Assembly: GCA_963765575.1 (NCBI GenBank)
Contig: CAVXWZ010000008.1
Location: 288,001 to 352,000 of the forward strand
Direction of reading: 5' to 3'
Length of the DNA: 64,000 bases
DNA from: an uncultured cyanobacterium
GTDB taxonomy: Bacteria; Cyanobacteriota; Cyanobacteriia; PCC-6307; Cyanobiaceae
Notes under the pieces: generated by a model
What the model saw: the letters and a program-made list of their open reading frames with translations, nothing else
The model's database searches: none
Told to the model about the DNA's origin: nothing
In this document: one piece after another, positions 62,114-64,000 of the stretch
Layout of the letters: the number at the start of each line of letters is the position of its first letter
Numbering within the stretch: the first letter of the stretch is position 1
Program-made: the position numbers and the translations under genes

Positions 62114-62142
62114 GACCTGACTCAGGCTGACCTGACTCAGGC
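62114..62142. repeat. 15-bp tandem duplication at the metH stop
   Basis: GACCTGACTCAGGC(T) x2. Confidence 0.8.
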
Positions 62143-64000
62143 CGAGAAGTAGCGCGCCTTGCTGTGCAGGGCCACCAGGGCGGTGGTGCTCTGCTCGGGG
62201 TGCAGCTGGTCGCTTTCGTCCATGGTCAGGCCGATGCGCTCGGCCCCGAGCCAGAGCAACTGCTGGCGGGAATCGGCCACGTTGGGGCAGGCGGGGTAGC
62301 CGAAGGAGTAGCGGCTGCCCCGGTAGCGCTGGGCGAGCACATCGCGCAGGGGCATCGCCTCCGGGTCGCCATGGCCCAGCTCCCGGCGGATGCGGGCATG
62401 CACCCACTCCGCCAGGGCCTCGGCCATCTGCACCGCCAGACCGTGGAAATAGAGGTAATCGCTGTAACGGTCGGCCTGGAACAGCTGCTGGGCAAATTCG
62501 GTGGCTCGCTCACCCATGGTCACGGCCTGCATCGGCAGCACGTCGACCGCCCGGGGCCTGCCCTCCGGGGTGGCGGCGAGGTCGCGGTAGAAATCGGCGA
62601 TGCAGTAGCGGTTGCCGCCCCGTTGGCGCGGCAGCAGGAAGCGGCCCAGTTCGCGGTCCGCCCGCTCCGGTGCAGCAGCCTCGTCCAGGCCGGCGGGATC
62701 GAACACCACCACCGCGTTGCCCTCCCGGCCGCAGGGGAGGTAGCCGTAGGCCACCCGGGGGGTGAGCAGGCCCTCGCCGCAACACCGCTCGATCCACTGC
62801 TGCAGCACCGGCTCAGCCTTGCTGGCCAGCATCGCCTCGTAGTCGTCCCGCGACTGCTGCTGGGCCTTGCGCAGCTGCCACTGGCCGGCAAACAGGGCGT
62901 TGCGGTCGAGGTAAGCGAACACCTCCGGCAGGGGGATGGCGGCCTCGTGCAACACCCGACTGCCCCAGAAGGGTGGCAGCAGGGCGGGCTCCTCGGCCAC
63001 CGCCTCGGAGCGCTCCGTCGTGGCGATGGAGGCAGGGATGCTGGCGGCTGCTGGCGGGGCGCCGCCATCAGCCGCCGCTGTGGGCTCGTCGGTAGCCGTG
63101 ACCGTGACCTCGGGGCTGGTCTCCCCCAGGCCCAGGTCGTCGGGGGCACCGTGGAGAAAGCCCCGGTGATCGTCCCAGGCTGAGGCCCCCTTGGCCTCCA
63201 TCAGCGCATCCATGAAGCGCAGATCGGCGAAGGCATCGCGGCCGTAGATCACCTGCCCCGCGTAGGCGGCACGGCAGTCGCCATGGACGAAGCGGGGCGT
63301 GAGCGCGGCACCGCCGAGGATCACCGGCACGGTGATCCCAGCCTCGTTGAAAGCCTCCAGGTTGCTCTTCATGAAGGCCGTGGATTTCACCAGCAGGCCG
63401 CTCATGGCGATGCAGTCGGGCTGATGCTTCTGCTGGGCCTCAATGATGGCATCACAGCTCTGCTTGATGCCGAGATTGATGACGTCATAACCATTGTTGG
63501 TGAGGATGATATCCACCAGGTTCTTGCCGATGTCATGGACATCGCCCTTGACAGTGGCGATCAGAAACTTGCCCTTGCTGCTGCTCTCGCCCTCAACCGT
63601 TTCCATGTGCGGTTCGAGATAGGCAACAGCGGCCTTCATCGTTTCAGCGCTCTGCAGCACAAACGGCAATTGCATCTGGCCTGAGCCGAAGAGTTCACCC
63701 ACCACCTTCATGCCATCCAGCAGGAAGGTGTTGATGACCTGCAGCGGTGGATAGGTCTGCAGAGCCTCATCCAGCGCCGGCTCCAGGCCAATGCGCTCGC
63801 CATCGATGATGTGCTGCTTGAGTCGCTCCTCCACCGCCAGGTCGGCCAGGGAGGGGCCCGATGCCCGGGCCTCCTTGGCACTCACGCCCTCGAACAGGGT
63901 GGTGAGCTCGGTGAGCGGGTCGTAGCTGCAGATACCGTTCTCGAAACGGCGCCGGTCGTCGATCAGGTCGCGGCAGACCTGCAGCTGCTGCTCGCTGATC
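62137..64000 (-). CDS. metH: Cobalamin-dependent methionine synthase, C-terminal part (continues past window end)
   Basis: [34 protein letters not shown]. Confidence 0.96.
   Translation of the reverse strand, partial: ISEQQLQVCRDLIDDRRRFENGICSYDPLTELTTLFEGVSAKEARASGPSLADLAVEERLKQHIIDGERIGLEPALDEALQTYPPLQVINTFLLDGMKVVGELFGSGQMQLPFVLQSAETMKAAVAYLEPHMETVEGESSSKGKFLIATVKGDVHDIGKNLVDIILTNNGYDVINLGIKQSCDAIIEAQQKHQPDCIAMSGLLVKSTAFMKSNLEAFNEAGITVPVILGGAALTPRFVHGDCRAAYAGQVIYGRDAFADLRFMDALMEAKGASAWDDHRGFLHGAPDDLGLGETSPEVTVTATDEPTAAADGGAPPAAASIPASIATTERSEAVAEEPALLPPFWGSRVLHEAAIPLPEVFAYLDRNALFAGQWQLRKAQQQSRDDYEAMLASKAEPVLQQWIERCCGEGLLTPRVAYGYLPCGREGNAVVVFDPAGLDEAAAPERADRELGRFLLPRQRGGNRYCIADFYRDLAATPEGRPRAVDVLPMQAVTMGERATEFAQQLFQADRYSDYLYFHGLAVQMAEALAEWVHARIRRELGHGDPEAMPLRDVLAQRYRGSRYSFGYPACPNVADSRQQLLWLGAERIGLTMDESDQLHPEQSTTALVALHSKARYFSA

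Overview
High-GC chromosomal window from a picocyanobacterium (Cyanobium/Synechococcus-like, judged from apcD, chlP, psb32, pxcA, ccsA and gene order). Most of it is core genome: sir (partial), glyS, chlP, typA, lptA/B/FG, ccsA, rpe, glpX, hemA, glgC, gnd, pgl, ilvD, cobW, purSQ, metG, rnb, rpsR, rpmG, pheT, rlmD, apcD and metH (partial). Two regions stand out. (1) A ~9.5 kb iron/redox/sulfur cluster (24.7-34.2 kb) ending at a tRNA-Met. It holds two peroxiredoxins, MnSOD, ferritin, an NtcA-like Crp regulator with candidate Fur boxes upstream, a GTA-N8-TAC box at the ferritin promoter, and a persulfide dioxygenase-rhodanese/rhodanese/TauE/OsmC-like operon. (2) A ~1.1 kb apparently non-coding block (51.2-52.3 kb) rich in GAGAC/GTCTC motifs and hairpins, directly abutting a gene for a ribbon-helix-helix + J-domain protein; this is my best candidate for an undescribed DNA-site/protein system. 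trmL and gpsA each carry a frameshift (possibly sequencing errors). No CRISPR array, integrase or transposase was seen. Product calls rest on motif recognition from memory; no database search was run.
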